The notes beneath the pieces were generated by a model that was given only the letters and a program-made list of their open reading frames with translations, was not told the DNA's origin and made no database searches. This document shows positions 1-8,335 of a stretch of DNA of 64,000 bases, piece after piece. Made by a program: the position numbers and the translations under genes. Position 1 is the first letter of the stretch. The number at the start of each line of letters is the position of its first letter. Source of the stretch: an uncultured Clostridia bacterium (GTDB lineage Bacteria; Bacillota; Clostridia; Christensenellales; UBA1242); contig CANRQB010000002.1 of NCBI GenBank assembly GCA_947632645.1, positions 16,489 through 80,488 on the forward strand. Direction: 5' to 3'.

Positions 1-22
1 TGGGCTACTTATAAACCACCTT

Positions 23-283
23 GTGCTAACACTACTTACGCTATCCCTTTTGTATATTGTAATTTCTAACGCCATCTTGCGTGTGGTTAGAAGAAGAGGG
101 GTAAGAAAGGGTGGCCTTGGAGAAGCGTTTGCCGATGCAGAAGAAGAAAATGATTATATTCAGCCAAAATCCTCCAAAACCGCAGAGGAAAAACTTGCTG
201 AGCTTAAAACCATGCTGGATAAAAATATAATTACGCAAGAAGAGTACGATAAAAAGCGTCAAGATATAATCGACAATATGTAA
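23..283 (+). CDS. SHOCT-domain small membrane protein (frame is open back to nt 2, so the 5' end may lie outside the window)
   Basis: Hydrophobic N-terminus. C-terminal EKLAELKTMLDKNIITQEEYDKKRQDII resembles the SHOCT short C-terminal motif. Stop is followed by hairpin+T-run. Confidence 0.6.
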   Translation: MLTLLTLSLLYIVISNAILRVVRRRGVRKGGLGEAFADAEEENDYIQPKSSKTAEEKLAELKTMLDKNIITQEEYDKKRQDIIDNM

Positions 284-304
284 ACCGCGATGTGCGGTTT
301 TTTT
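282..304. terminator. Bidirectional intrinsic terminator
   Basis: AAACCGC-gatgt-GCGGTTT flanked by A-run and T-run, directly after the SHOCT gene stop. Confidence 0.6.
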
Positions 305-452
305 AATATAGCCATAAAATGGAATTAAAACTTTTGCAAGCACAATTTGCGGGCTGATATCTACAAAAGGTTTGCGCATTAAGTGGGATGGATAGGTTGC
401 TAACCGTTACGCAATCGTAGCATCCAGTGCGAAAATAAAAATTGTATAGCAT
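303..452 (-). CDS. Candidate 49-aa Cys-rich small protein (below the ORF-track size cutoff)
   Basis: GGAGGG lies 4 nt upstream of the ATG at 452. 49 codons: MLYNFYFRTGCYDCVTVSNLSIPLNAQTFCRYQPANCACKSFNSILWLY. TAA at 303-305 abuts the 282-304 terminator. No convincing promoter found, and the same DNA can fold as a plus-strand hairpin. Confidence 0.2.
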   Translation of the reverse strand: MLYNFYFRTGCYDCVTVSNLSIPLNAQTFCRYQPANCACKSFNSILWLY

Positions 453-604
453 ACTCCCTCCAATTTATACTATGTAAAAATTGGTTTTAAGTTTATTTGG
501 ATATTTTAGTATCAAATATAACTCTCATAATATAACTTCCAAAATATGCTAAAATTTTTAAGAGTAAAATATAATTTACTGCATATTATACAATAGAGGT
601 ATTT

Positions 605-1357
605 ATGAGAGAGATAGCCCTTGCAACTGGGGTTAAAAATAACGAGATTATCGAGTTTTTATCTAGCAACATAAAGGCTAAAATTGATTTTTGCAAAACC
701 ATTGTAACCGGCTATAGTGACAACAATTTTAGATATCTTTTGTTTGCATGTGAGGATAACTTTATGGATAGGTGTGAATCCGTTTTAAAAAGCATTATTA
801 TAGATTATATAGAAGAAGTGTACAAAATAGATTACCTAAAAAGCAAAATTAAAAATCCGCTTTGTTCGTCACTTGCCTTTAATGCCTACATAAAGGTGCT
901 TGCCCTGTTTGATAAATCCACCGACGAAAGCGCGCTTAGCAAAATTATAGTGTTTAACCAAACCTTTTTTATTGATAGTTTTTTGCAGTTTAGATTGGCG
1001 CCACTTAAAAACCACTGGGACAACCTTGCCACCCTTTCTAGTGACAATATGATACTTTTTAATTCATCCACATTTTTGGATGTTATCCGTTTTTTAATTA
1101 ACACTATGGATAGTTTGGCGTATAAGGTTAAAGTGGTGTGCAAGGGGGACAACTACAGCGTTTATAATATGGAAAACAAAAACGGCAAGGTAAAAAAAAT
1201 TGCCGATTGCAGCACCTCAATTGACCTTATAACCAACGTGCTTAACCTTGCGCCCAGTTACATCGACATCTATCTTAACGAGGATAGGCAGTACGAGGCG
1301 GTAAGTTTTTTAAGCAACATTTTTATGAGCCGCCTAAAAATTTACATGCGCACGTAA
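605..1357 (+). CDS. YtxC-like protein (putative sporulation-associated); assignment rests mainly on the conserved position upstream of thrS
   Basis: 250-aa ORF with no catalytic motifs. In Bacillus and Clostridium the gene just upstream of the thrS T-box leader is ytxC. Confidence 0.45.
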   Translation: MREIALATGVKNNEIIEFLSSNIKAKIDFCKTIVTGYSDNNFRYLLFACEDNFMDRCESVLKSIIIDYIEEVYKIDYLKSKIKNPLCSSLAFNAYIKVLALFDKSTDESALSKIIVFNQTFFIDSFLQFRLAPLKNHWDNLATLSSDNMILFNSSTFLDVIRFLINTMDSLAYKVKVVCKGDNYSVYNMENKNGKVKKIADCSTSIDLITNVLNLAPSYIDIYLNEDRQYEAVSFLSNIFMSRLKIYMRT

Positions 1358-1409
1358 ATTTGCTTGTGGGCAATTTTTTGTTAGTTGTACAATAATGTAT
1401 AACAAATTG

Positions 1410-1438
1410 TTGACAGGGAATAATTTTTGTGGTATAAT
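1410..1438 (+). promoter_or_regulatory. Sigma-A-type promoter of the thrS leader
   Basis: TTGACA (1410-1415), 17-bp spacer, TGg-TATAAT (-10 at 1433-1438). Confidence 0.65.
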
Positions 1439-1444
1439 AGTATT

Positions 1445-1640
1445 AGTTTAATAGATTATTGGTAAGACAAGTATGCCTAAGCCCCACTTTTTACAGAGAG
1501 CGCCTGCCGGCTGAGATTGGCGCAAAAGTGTTAGTGCAGAAACCACTTGCTAGGTCATGCGTAAATTAAGGTGGATGCCTTGTGCATCAACTAGGGTGGA
1601 ACCGCGGTTATAATCGTCCCTTGCTTAAGGGATTTTTTAT
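1445..1640 (+). promoter_or_regulatory. T-box riboswitch leader with threonine specifier
   Basis: AGAGAG and GCTGAGA stem-I motifs (1495-1516). Candidate specifier ACC followed by A (1552-1555). T-box sequence CTAGGGTGGAACCGCGG (1591-1607). Terminator TCCCTT-gctt-AAGGGA plus T-run (1617-1640). Sits upstream of thrS. Confidence 0.85.
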
Positions 1641-1720
1641 TTTTTATTATACCCAGTGGGGGCATTTAAATCCCGCAGCACAAGCATACCCAGCGGGGTA
1701 TTAAACTTTAAGGAGTTTTT

Positions 1721-3457
1721 ATGGATGAAGAAAAACAAAAAATGTATCGCCACAGTATGAGCCATGTTTTGGCAAAAGCAATTAAGAGTTTGTACCCCGG
1801 TGTTAAGGTGGCGATTGGGCCCGCGATAGATAACGGGTTTTACTACGATTTTGATAATTTAACCATTTCGCCAGACGATTTTGCTAAAATTGAAGACAAA
1901 ATGCGTGAAATAATAAACAAAAACGAAGATTTTAAGCGAATTGTTGTGTCTAAGGCTGAAGCAGAAAAACTTTTTGCAGACGAGCCATACAAGTTAGAAC
2001 TCATCCGCGATTTGCCAAAAGAGGAAACCATAACCGTGTATTACACGGGTGACGATTTTTATGACCTATGCCGTGGGCCGCATGTGGAGAACACTAAATT
2101 TTTGCGCGGGTTTGCTTTTAAAATTAATCGCGTTAGTGGGGCATATTGGCGAGGTAGTGAAAAGAACAAAATGCTCACGCGCGTGTACGTGTACGGGTTT
2201 TTAAATAAGGATGACCTAAAGGAGTGCATCCGCCTGGAAGAAGAAGCCAAAGAGCGCGACCACAGAAAGTTGGGCAAAGAACTTAACATTTTTATGTACA
2301 GCGATTTGGTGGGCAAGGGCTTGCCTATTTGGTTGCCTAATGGCTACATTATTCGCCGCGAGTTGAGCGACTATATTGTTAATAAAGAGTTGGAACTTGG
2401 CTATATGCATGTTATGACACCAAGTTTAGGCAATGTTAACTTGTACAAAACTTCCGGCCATTGGGAGCACTACAAAGATGATATGTTCCCAGCCATGGAA
2501 TTGGACGAGGAAGCGTACGTTTTGCGCCCAATGAACTGCCCGCACCACATGATGATTTACAAAAACTTTAAGCATTCGTATCGCGACCTGCCACTGCGCA
2601 TCGCCGAAATTGCCAACGATTTTAGGTACGAAGCCAGCGGCAATTTGGTTGGGCTAGAGCGCACGCGTGCCTTCACGCAAAATGACTGCCACATTTTCTG
2701 CCGACCAGACCAAATTAAGCAAGAAGTTGAAGGGGTTATAAAACTTATCTTAGACGTATATAAGGATTTTGGCTTTAAAAATTATAGTTTCCGCCTGTCA
2801 CTTAGAGACCCTAACAATAAGGAAAAATATTTTGCCAACGACGATCTGTGGCAAAAAAGTGAAGATGCACTTCGCCAAATTTTAACCGACAACAAAGTGG
2901 AATTTTACGAGGCAACGGGCGAAGCGGCTTTCTACGGGCCAAAAATAGACGTGCAGATGCACACCGCTATTGGACACGATTTAACAGTTTCCACCGTGCA
3001 GTTGGACTACCAATTGCCCGAACGCTTTGAACTGGAGTATGTGGACGAAAACGATAACCGCGTGCGCCCAGTGGTTATTCACCGCGCAATTTTGGGCTCG
3101 CTAGATAGGTTTGTGGCCTTCTTGCTGGAGGAAACCAAGGGCGTTTTGCCATTATGGCTAAGCCCAGTGCAAGTTAGAATTTTAACCATAAGTGAAAAGA
3201 ATAACGAATATGCCGAAAGCATTAAAAAATTGCTAAGGGGCTTTAGGGTAAGTGTGGATTTGTCTAACGAATCAGTGGGCAAAAAAATCCGCAATGCAGT
3301 GCTACAAAAAGTGCCATACATTTTGGTGCTTGGCGATAAGGAGATGGACGAAAATTTGGTGGCAGTTCGCAAGCGTGGCAGCAAGGATACAACCACTATG
3401 AAGGCAGACGAATTTGTTGCGCTAATTAAAAAAGAAGTTGAAAATCACACAATTTAG
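1721..3457 (+). CDS. thrS: Threonine--tRNA ligase (short form without N-terminal TGS domain)
   Basis: 578 aa with AAGGAG RBS. Starts at the editing-domain HSMSHVLAKAI motif and has class II ThrRS core motifs (RGPH, HRKLGKEL, MNCPHH). Preceded by a Thr T-box. Confidence 0.95.
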   Translation: MDEEKQKMYRHSMSHVLAKAIKSLYPGVKVAIGPAIDNGFYYDFDNLTISPDDFAKIEDKMREIINKNEDFKRIVVSKAEAEKLFADEPYKLELIRDLPKEETITVYYTGDDFYDLCRGPHVENTKFLRGFAFKINRVSGAYWRGSEKNKMLTRVYVYGFLNKDDLKECIRLEEEAKERDHRKLGKELNIFMYSDLVGKGLPIWLPNGYIIRRELSDYIVNKELELGYMHVMTPSLGNVNLYKTSGHWEHYKDDMFPAMELDEEAYVLRPMNCPHHMMIYKNFKHSYRDLPLRIAEIANDFRYEASGNLVGLERTRAFTQNDCHIFCRPDQIKQEVEGVIKLILDVYKDFGFKNYSFRLSLRDPNNKEKYFANDDLWQKSEDALRQILTDNKVEFYEATGEAAFYGPKIDVQMHTAIGHDLTVSTVQLDYQLPERFELEYVDENDNRVRPVVIHRAILGSLDRFVAFLLEETKGVLPLWLSPVQVRILTISEKNNEYAESIKKLLRGFRVSVDLSNESVGKKIRNAVLQKVPYILVLGDKEMDENLVAVRKRGSKDTTTMKADEFVALIKKEVENHTI

Positions 3458-3527
3458 TTAAAAATTCAACAAAAAACGTTAAAATTTCATTAAAAATTTG
3501 TAAATTTTACACAAAAAGGATAAAATT

Positions 3528-4040
3528 ATGACCTTTTATGAAGAAATATCAAAATTAAAAACCATAGCGCGCGAGGGGTGGGAAAGGCGAAATGTGCCCA
3601 CTTTAAAGCGCAAGGCAGAAAGCGATGCCGAGCACGTTTATTCGGCCATTCTTTTGGCGCTTGATGTTATGGCAAAAAATGATTTGAAATTGGATGAATT
3701 AAAAGTGGTAAAAATGCTTGCCTATCACGAGTTGGGCGAAATTGAAGTGGGAGACATCACCCCATTTGACGGTGTGCCACTAGAAACAAAATTTAAAGGC
3801 GAATATGCCTGCATAAAAAGGCTGGCAAAAAAATACAAAATCTCCGAGATAGAAACCCTTTGGCTAGAATTTTCTGCACAAAAAACTAAAGAGGCGATTT
3901 TTGTTAAAATGATAGACAAATTCGATGCCGTGTTGCAAGCAAAAATTTTTGATAAAAATTATAGTATTAATGGCTTGTATCAGGATTTTGTAACCAACAA
4001 TCAAAAGGTGTGCGAGTATTTTAAAAATTTAAAGTTTTAA
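3528..4040 (+). CDS. HD-superfamily hydrolase (YfbR/HDDC2-like 5'-deoxynucleotidase family)
   Basis: REGWERRNV...ESDAEHVYSA...AYHELGEIEVGDITP...KMIDKFDAVLQA fits the HD_3/YfbR pattern. Confidence 0.7.
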   Translation: MTFYEEISKLKTIAREGWERRNVPTLKRKAESDAEHVYSAILLALDVMAKNDLKLDELKVVKMLAYHELGEIEVGDITPFDGVPLETKFKGEYACIKRLAKKYKISEIETLWLEFSAQKTKEAIFVKMIDKFDAVLQAKIFDKNYSINGLYQDFVTNNQKVCEYFKNLKF

Positions 4041-4049
4041 GGAGAAGTT

Positions 4050-4742
4050 GTGAAAAATAGAATTTTAACCTATGCCATATTTGGTGCACTGGCAATGCTT
4101 GGAATTGCGCTGTATTTTGTTAACCCAAATTTAGTGGCCTTTCAAGTTGCAATGAGTTTTGGTGCAAGCCTAATTGGCGCAATTTTTGTGGCAGTTAGTT
4201 TGGAGGCAATAAATTCGTCCCGCCATAAAAAAAGTACGCAGACCATACAAAAATATATGTTAAGTTCGCTTAATAAAAATTTGGAACAGTTTTACTATTG
4301 GTACATTTCGTTTTTGGCGCGCAGGTATGGTGTTAATGAATTGGAACAAGTGGACGATTTAGGCGAACTTATATCTAACCTTTTTAACGCCACACGCAAG
4401 CAAATCAACGATGGAAAGGTGGTGGATGAAAACTACACTGTAGATAGGGTGGCATCAAAAATAGAAATGGTGGAGGATGCGCTAGAAAAGGTTAATCGCA
4501 CGCTCAAAAGCGAAATGCCCACCCTTATAACAAACGAGATAATTGCACAAGAGGACATCGAGTTTTTTGAAAAATTGCAGGTTAAACTTAACGATGTGCA
4601 ACTACTAGATAGATTAAGCGAACAAAATGCGCTGCTCGTTGAAATTTTAGGCGACCTTAACCAAAACAAAATTATAGCACTTAAAAAGGGCAATATTTTA
4701 ACCGATCGCCTAAAACAAAAACTATTTAAAACTGATATCTAG
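4050..4742 (+). CDS. Hypothetical membrane protein (two N-terminal TM helices plus helical C-terminal region)
   Basis: GTG start after AAGGAG. Hydrophobic N-terminus. No recognisable domain. Confidence 0.6.
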   Translation: MKNRILTYAIFGALAMLGIALYFVNPNLVAFQVAMSFGASLIGAIFVAVSLEAINSSRHKKSTQTIQKYMLSSLNKNLEQFYYWYISFLARRYGVNELEQVDDLGELISNLFNATRKQINDGKVVDENYTVDRVASKIEMVEDALEKVNRTLKSEMPTLITNEIIAQEDIEFFEKLQVKLNDVQLLDRLSEQNALLVEILGDLNQNKIIALKKGNILTDRLKQKLFKTDI

Positions 4743-4829
4743 CACTCTTTTTAAAAATTTTATAAAAAATTTAATTTGCTTATTGACAATTTTAAAATTA
4801 ATGCTAAAATGGTACGCAAGGAGATTATA

Positions 4830-5111
4830 ATGAGGACCAGCAAAACTGACGAAACAGATTACGCAACAAAATTAATTAGAGAAGCGGAAAAAATTTTTAA
4901 TGACGAATTGTGTAATCTGTTTTTTGAAAAAGAGTATGACGAGTACGCAAAAATTTCTGAAAAACTAGAAAATCTTAAACTTACCAATAGCGACATTTTA
5001 AGCGATGAATATTTTGATTTGTACGAAAAATATTTTAGCGTAGATGCGTTAGAAGGACTTGCCGAACTTAAAAATAAAATAAATAACATCGGCACAAATC
5101 GTAGGGTTTAA
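4830..5111 (+). CDS. Hypothetical small acidic helical protein
   Basis: ATG at 4830 preceded by AAGGAG (4818-4823). The ORF-track start at 4776 has no RBS. Confidence 0.55.
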   Translation: MRTSKTDETDYATKLIREAEKIFNDELCNLFFEKEYDEYAKISEKLENLKLTNSDILSDEYFDLYEKYFSVDALEGLAELKNKINNIGTNRRV

Positions 5112-5120
5112 GGAGGAAGT

Positions 5121-5372
5121 GTGTTAAAGAATGATATCGAAGAGATTAACAAATTTGTTGATGGCATTTTATACAAGGCTTGGCTTGGCATGGATGAAGA
5201 GCAATTTGAAATTAACGAAAACCTTATAATCGAAATTTTGGATGACCCAGCAATCAGTTTGTTAAAAGATAAACACTTTAATTTATTGTTGCAATATGCC
5301 AACAAAGCCGAACGTAAACAACTAAAGCAGCTTAAATTATATATTGCAGATATAGTTTCGATTAAATTATAA
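5121..5372 (+). CDS. Hypothetical small acidic helical protein
   Basis: GTG start after AAGGAGG, tightly following the previous ORF. Confidence 0.5.
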   Translation: MLKNDIEEINKFVDGILYKAWLGMDEEQFEINENLIIEILDDPAISLLKDKHFNLLLQYANKAERKQLKQLKLYIADIVSIKL

Positions 5373-5400
5373 AAATTTGCAAAAAATTTATAAAAAACCC

Positions 5401-5429
5401 TTTACAAATAAAATTTATTGTGATATAAT
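5401..5429 (+). promoter_or_regulatory. Sigma-A-type promoter of the infC-rpmI-rplT operon
   Basis: TTTACA (5401-5406), 17 bp, TGa-TATAAT (-10 at 5424-5429). Confidence 0.65.
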
Positions 5430-5434
5430 GGGCA

Positions 5435-5548
5435 CGTAAAGTAGGTATTACCCTCACCTTGGAGCGCTTAAGCGACAATGGTATGTATCTAAATATAAGC
5501 AATTTTCTTTAGATATTTGGGGTGGGTACTTATGTGTTCCCATTTTTT
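5435..5548 (+). promoter_or_regulatory. Structured leader with attenuator hairpin upstream of infC (L20-leader-like)
   Basis: About 130-nt untranslated leader with stems (e.g. ATCTAAA...TTTAGAT). It ends in TGGGTAC-ttatgt-GTTCCCA plus TTTTTT (5523-5548). The position matches the Firmicutes L20 autoregulatory leader; not verified against a covariance model. Confidence 0.45.
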
Positions 5549-5566
5549 ATTTGGGTTGGAGGTAAA

Positions 5567-6082
5567 TTGAAAGAGTCACTTAAAAATGAACAAATTGTTT
5601 TAGACGAAGTACGTCTTATTGGTGCAAACAGCGAGCAGTTGGGCTTAATGCCAAGCAGCAAGGCACTAGAAATTGCCGAACAAGAGGGGCTAGATTTGGT
5701 GCTTATCGCGCCTGATGCAAAGCCGCCAGTTTGCAAAATTATGGACTACAGCAAATTTAAGTTTGAAGAGATGAAAAAACTTAAAGATCAGCGCAAAAAT
5801 CAACGCGTTGCCGAGGCTAAAGAAATGCGCCTGTCCATGATGATAGACGAACACGACCTTGTTATAAAGGCAAAACAGGTTTGCAAATTTTTATCTGATG
5901 GCAGCAAAGTTAAAGTCAGCATTCGCATGAAGGGTAGGATTGTTTCTCGCCCACAACTGGGGATAGACAACATGAAGCATTTTGCTGAACTATGCTCTTC
6001 AGTTGGCCAAATAGACAAACAACCAGAAATAAATGGTAGGAACATATTTATGGTGCTAACACCTATTACAAACAAAAAATAA
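5567..6082 (+). CDS. infC: Translation initiation factor IF-3 (probable TTG start)
   Basis: IF-3 sequence ([14 protein letters not shown]..., [15 protein letters not shown]). GGAGG at 5558-5562 precedes an in-frame TTG at 5567. The ORF-track GTG start at 5522 lies inside the attenuator hairpin. Confidence 0.85.
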   Translation: MKESLKNEQIVLDEVRLIGANSEQLGLMPSSKALEIAEQEGLDLVLIAPDAKPPVCKIMDYSKFKFEEMKKLKDQRKNQRVAEAKEMRLSMMIDEHDLVIKAKQVCKFLSDGSKVKVSIRMKGRIVSRPQLGIDNMKHFAELCSSVGQIDKQPEINGRNIFMVLTPITNKK

Positions 6083-6095
6083 AAGGAGAAATTAT

Positions 6096-6290
6096 ATGCC
6101 AAAACTTAAAACAAGAAAGGCCGTTGCAGCAAGGTTTAAACTTACTGGCACTGGCAAAATTAAACAAATGCACGATGGTAAAGGCCACATCCTTACCAAA
6201 AAATCTAGAAACAGAAAGCGTAAACTACGCAAAACCGGTTATGTTTCTAAACAATTTTCTAAAAACATTAAAGGTATGATAGGGGGCTAG
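6096..6290 (+). CDS. rpmI: 50S ribosomal protein L35
   Basis: [23 protein letters not shown]... is typical L35. Operon position. Confidence 0.95.
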   Translation: MPKLKTRKAVAARFKLTGTGKIKQMHDGKGHILTKKSRNRKRKLRKTGYVSKQFSKNIKGMIGG

Positions 6291-6291
6291 T

Positions 6292-6642
6292 ATGAGAGTA
6301 AAACGCGCAGTAAATGGCGTTAAAAAACGCCGCAAAATTTTAAAACTTGCAAAAGGTTACAGGGCAACAAAATCTAAACTTTATCGCGTTGCTCGCCAGC
6401 AGGTTATGAAAAGTGGTCAGTACGCTTATGTTGGCCGCAAACTTAAAAAACGCGATATGCGTTCACTTTGGATAACTCGTATAAACGCAGCTTGCCGTGA
6501 AAACGGCATCAACTACAGCTTGTTTGTTAACGGGCTTAAAAAGTTAAATATCAACCTTAACCGCAAAGTGCTTGCCGATATGGCCGTTAGCGATAAGGCA
6601 GCATTTACAAAACTTGTAAATCAAGTTAAAGAAGCAAAATAA
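6292..6642 (+). CDS. rplT: 50S ribosomal protein L20
   Basis: [25 protein letters not shown]... is typical L20. Starts 1 nt after the rpmI stop. Confidence 0.95.
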   Translation: MRVKRAVNGVKKRRKILKLAKGYRATKSKLYRVARQQVMKSGQYAYVGRKLKKRDMRSLWITRINAACRENGINYSLFVNGLKKLNINLNRKVLADMAVSDKAAFTKLVNQVKEAK

Positions 6643-6664
6643 AAACCACATATGTGGTTTTTTT
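6641..6664. terminator. Bidirectional intrinsic terminator
   Basis: Palindrome ACCACATATGTGGT flanked by A-run and T-run, between convergent rplT and the 6663-6995 gene. Confidence 0.75.
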
Positions 6665-6995
6665 AATGCTTATTTATATCCATGTTTAAAAGTTGATAAA
6701 GTTTATATTTTTTAATATTTTCTATATCCCTAACAAAAATGCCTATAACTTTGTGCAATTTTGTTCTGGGTGATATGTAATTAAATTTAACTGGGTTTAT
6801 TGGGGGATGGTCGCTTAAGCGAATTATTGTGTACACATCTTCGTATTCAACTTTTATGTATATGCTGTTGCTGTATTCACTTTGCCGCGTTTCAAATTTG
6901 CACTCTGGATAGGCAGGTGCAATATATTGTTCTATAAGTTTGTTTGTGTTTTCTAGCGAAAGTATAAAAACTTTATTCGCTGCATTAATCTTCAT
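6663..6995 (-). CDS. Hypothetical protein
   Basis: 110-aa ORF with no recognisable motif. Confidence 0.5.
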   Translation of the reverse strand: MKINAANKVFILSLENTNKLIEQYIAPAYPECKFETRQSEYSNSIYIKVEYEDVYTIIRLSDHPPINPVKFNYISPRTKLHKVIGIFVRDIENIKKYKLYQLLNMDINKH

Positions 6996-7116
6996 ATAAT
7001 AAACATATCACTTTTTATAACAAATGTCAATATTTTAAAATTTATTTCTGTCGATTTTAATATAGGTATTGACAAATTTCTTTTAAAGTGCTACAATAAA
7101 TAAAATCGAGGTAATT

Positions 7117-7308
7117 GTGAGTAAAGATAAATATATAGGGGAGCTAAACACTAGTAAAAATAATTATAAAGCACTTTTGCAGCGCTTAATTTACGAGCGT
7201 AATTCAGCGCATCGCCGTCCTAAAGAACGCAAAAAACTAATTAAAGATATTAATAACATAAATGAACAAATTGAGCGCATAAACAAGCAATTAAGTAGAC
7301 AATATTAA
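7117..7308 (+). CDS. Hypothetical small basic coiled-coil protein
   Basis: GTG start after GAGG. Promoter TTGACA-17-TACAAT just upstream (about 7071-7099). Confidence 0.45.
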   Translation: MSKDKYIGELNTSKNNYKALLQRLIYERNSAHRRPKERKKLIKDINNINEQIERINKQLSRQY

Positions 7309-7347
7309 CACCCAAACGATGAGGTATCTAAAATTTTAAATAAAATA

Positions 7348-7376
7348 TTGACAATTTGACTGTTTTAGTGTATAAT
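7348..7376 (+). promoter_or_regulatory. Sigma-A-type promoter of the ankyrin-repeat gene
   Basis: TTGACA (7348-7353), 17 bp, TATAAT (7371-7376). Confidence 0.65.
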
Positions 7377-7397
7377 GGCATCGGAAAAGGAGTTTTT

Positions 7398-8324
7398 ATG
7401 TTACAATCTAAGGTGGATGAGTTAAAAAAGATTGCAAAAGAAGCTTTGCAACAAGAAGACTCTTTTAAGGTAGAGTTTGGCAAAAGATTATCCAAATTTA
7501 TTAAGGACAACAACTCAGTTTACACTGACAAGCTCTCTTTTCCGACATGGTGTATTTTACAAAAGGATATTAACACATTACAAAAGCTTGCTGATGCAGG
7601 TTTTGATTTGGTGGATTTTAAGGTTAAAGATTCAATTTCTGCACAACTTACAAAAAATGGAAGTTGTTTGTTAAAAACTATTGTTAAAAATAAATGTTCG
7701 GATTCGGAAGAGTTTAAAAAGAATTTTGAAAAGTTACATCTTTTGCAATATAAAAACATTATTGATCTTGTCGATGCCTGCCAATGTGGCGATTATGATA
7801 GGGTAGAAAAACTTCTAAATGAAGGCACTCCGGTAGACGGGCGCTTGCCATTGTATGAAACTACGTCACTTATGACCGCTTGTAAAATAGGCAATATAAA
7901 AATTGTTGAACTACTTTTAGAGTTCGGCGCAAATGCTAACGCAAAGGATTATTCAGGTGAAACCCCACTTATGTGGGCTTCGTATGGCAACAATGTGGAA
8001 ATTTTAAAATTGTTGGTTAAAAAAGGTGCTAAGGTAAACGTACAAGATAAGGTTAATGGCTCAACCGCATTAATTTGGTGGGCTACCAACAGTGAGGATA
8101 ATGTGCTTGGTGCACAGTTTTTGGTGGAAAGTGGTGCAGATATATTTGCACAAGTTTCTGAGGAAAAGAATTTTAAAGGCAGAAACAAGATAGATATTAC
8201 GGCAGAAGATCACGCATTTACAAGTGATAATATAGAAATTTATAATTATCTACATGGCCTTAGACTAGAAGAAGAGGCCGCTAATAAAGAACAAAAACGC
8301 CCCTATAGTAGAAAAAGCATTTAA
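7398..8324 (+). CDS. Ankyrin-repeat protein
   Basis: ATG at 7398 after AAAGGAG. The C-terminal half has at least 3 ANK repeats (TSLMTACKIGNIKIVELLLEFGANANAKD; GETPLMWASYGNNVEILKLLVKKGAKVNVQD; GSTALIWWA...FLVESGADI). Confidence 0.8.
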   Translation: MLQSKVDELKKIAKEALQQEDSFKVEFGKRLSKFIKDNNSVYTDKLSFPTWCILQKDINTLQKLADAGFDLVDFKVKDSISAQLTKNGSCLLKTIVKNKCSDSEEFKKNFEKLHLLQYKNIIDLVDACQCGDYDRVEKLLNEGTPVDGRLPLYETTSLMTACKIGNIKIVELLLEFGANANAKDYSGETPLMWASYGNNVEILKLLVKKGAKVNVQDKVNGSTALIWWATNSEDNVLGAQFLVESGADIFAQVSEEKNFKGRNKIDITAEDHAFTSDNIEIYNYLHGLRLEEEAANKEQKRPYSRKSI

Positions 8325-8335
8325 AATGTTTTTTT

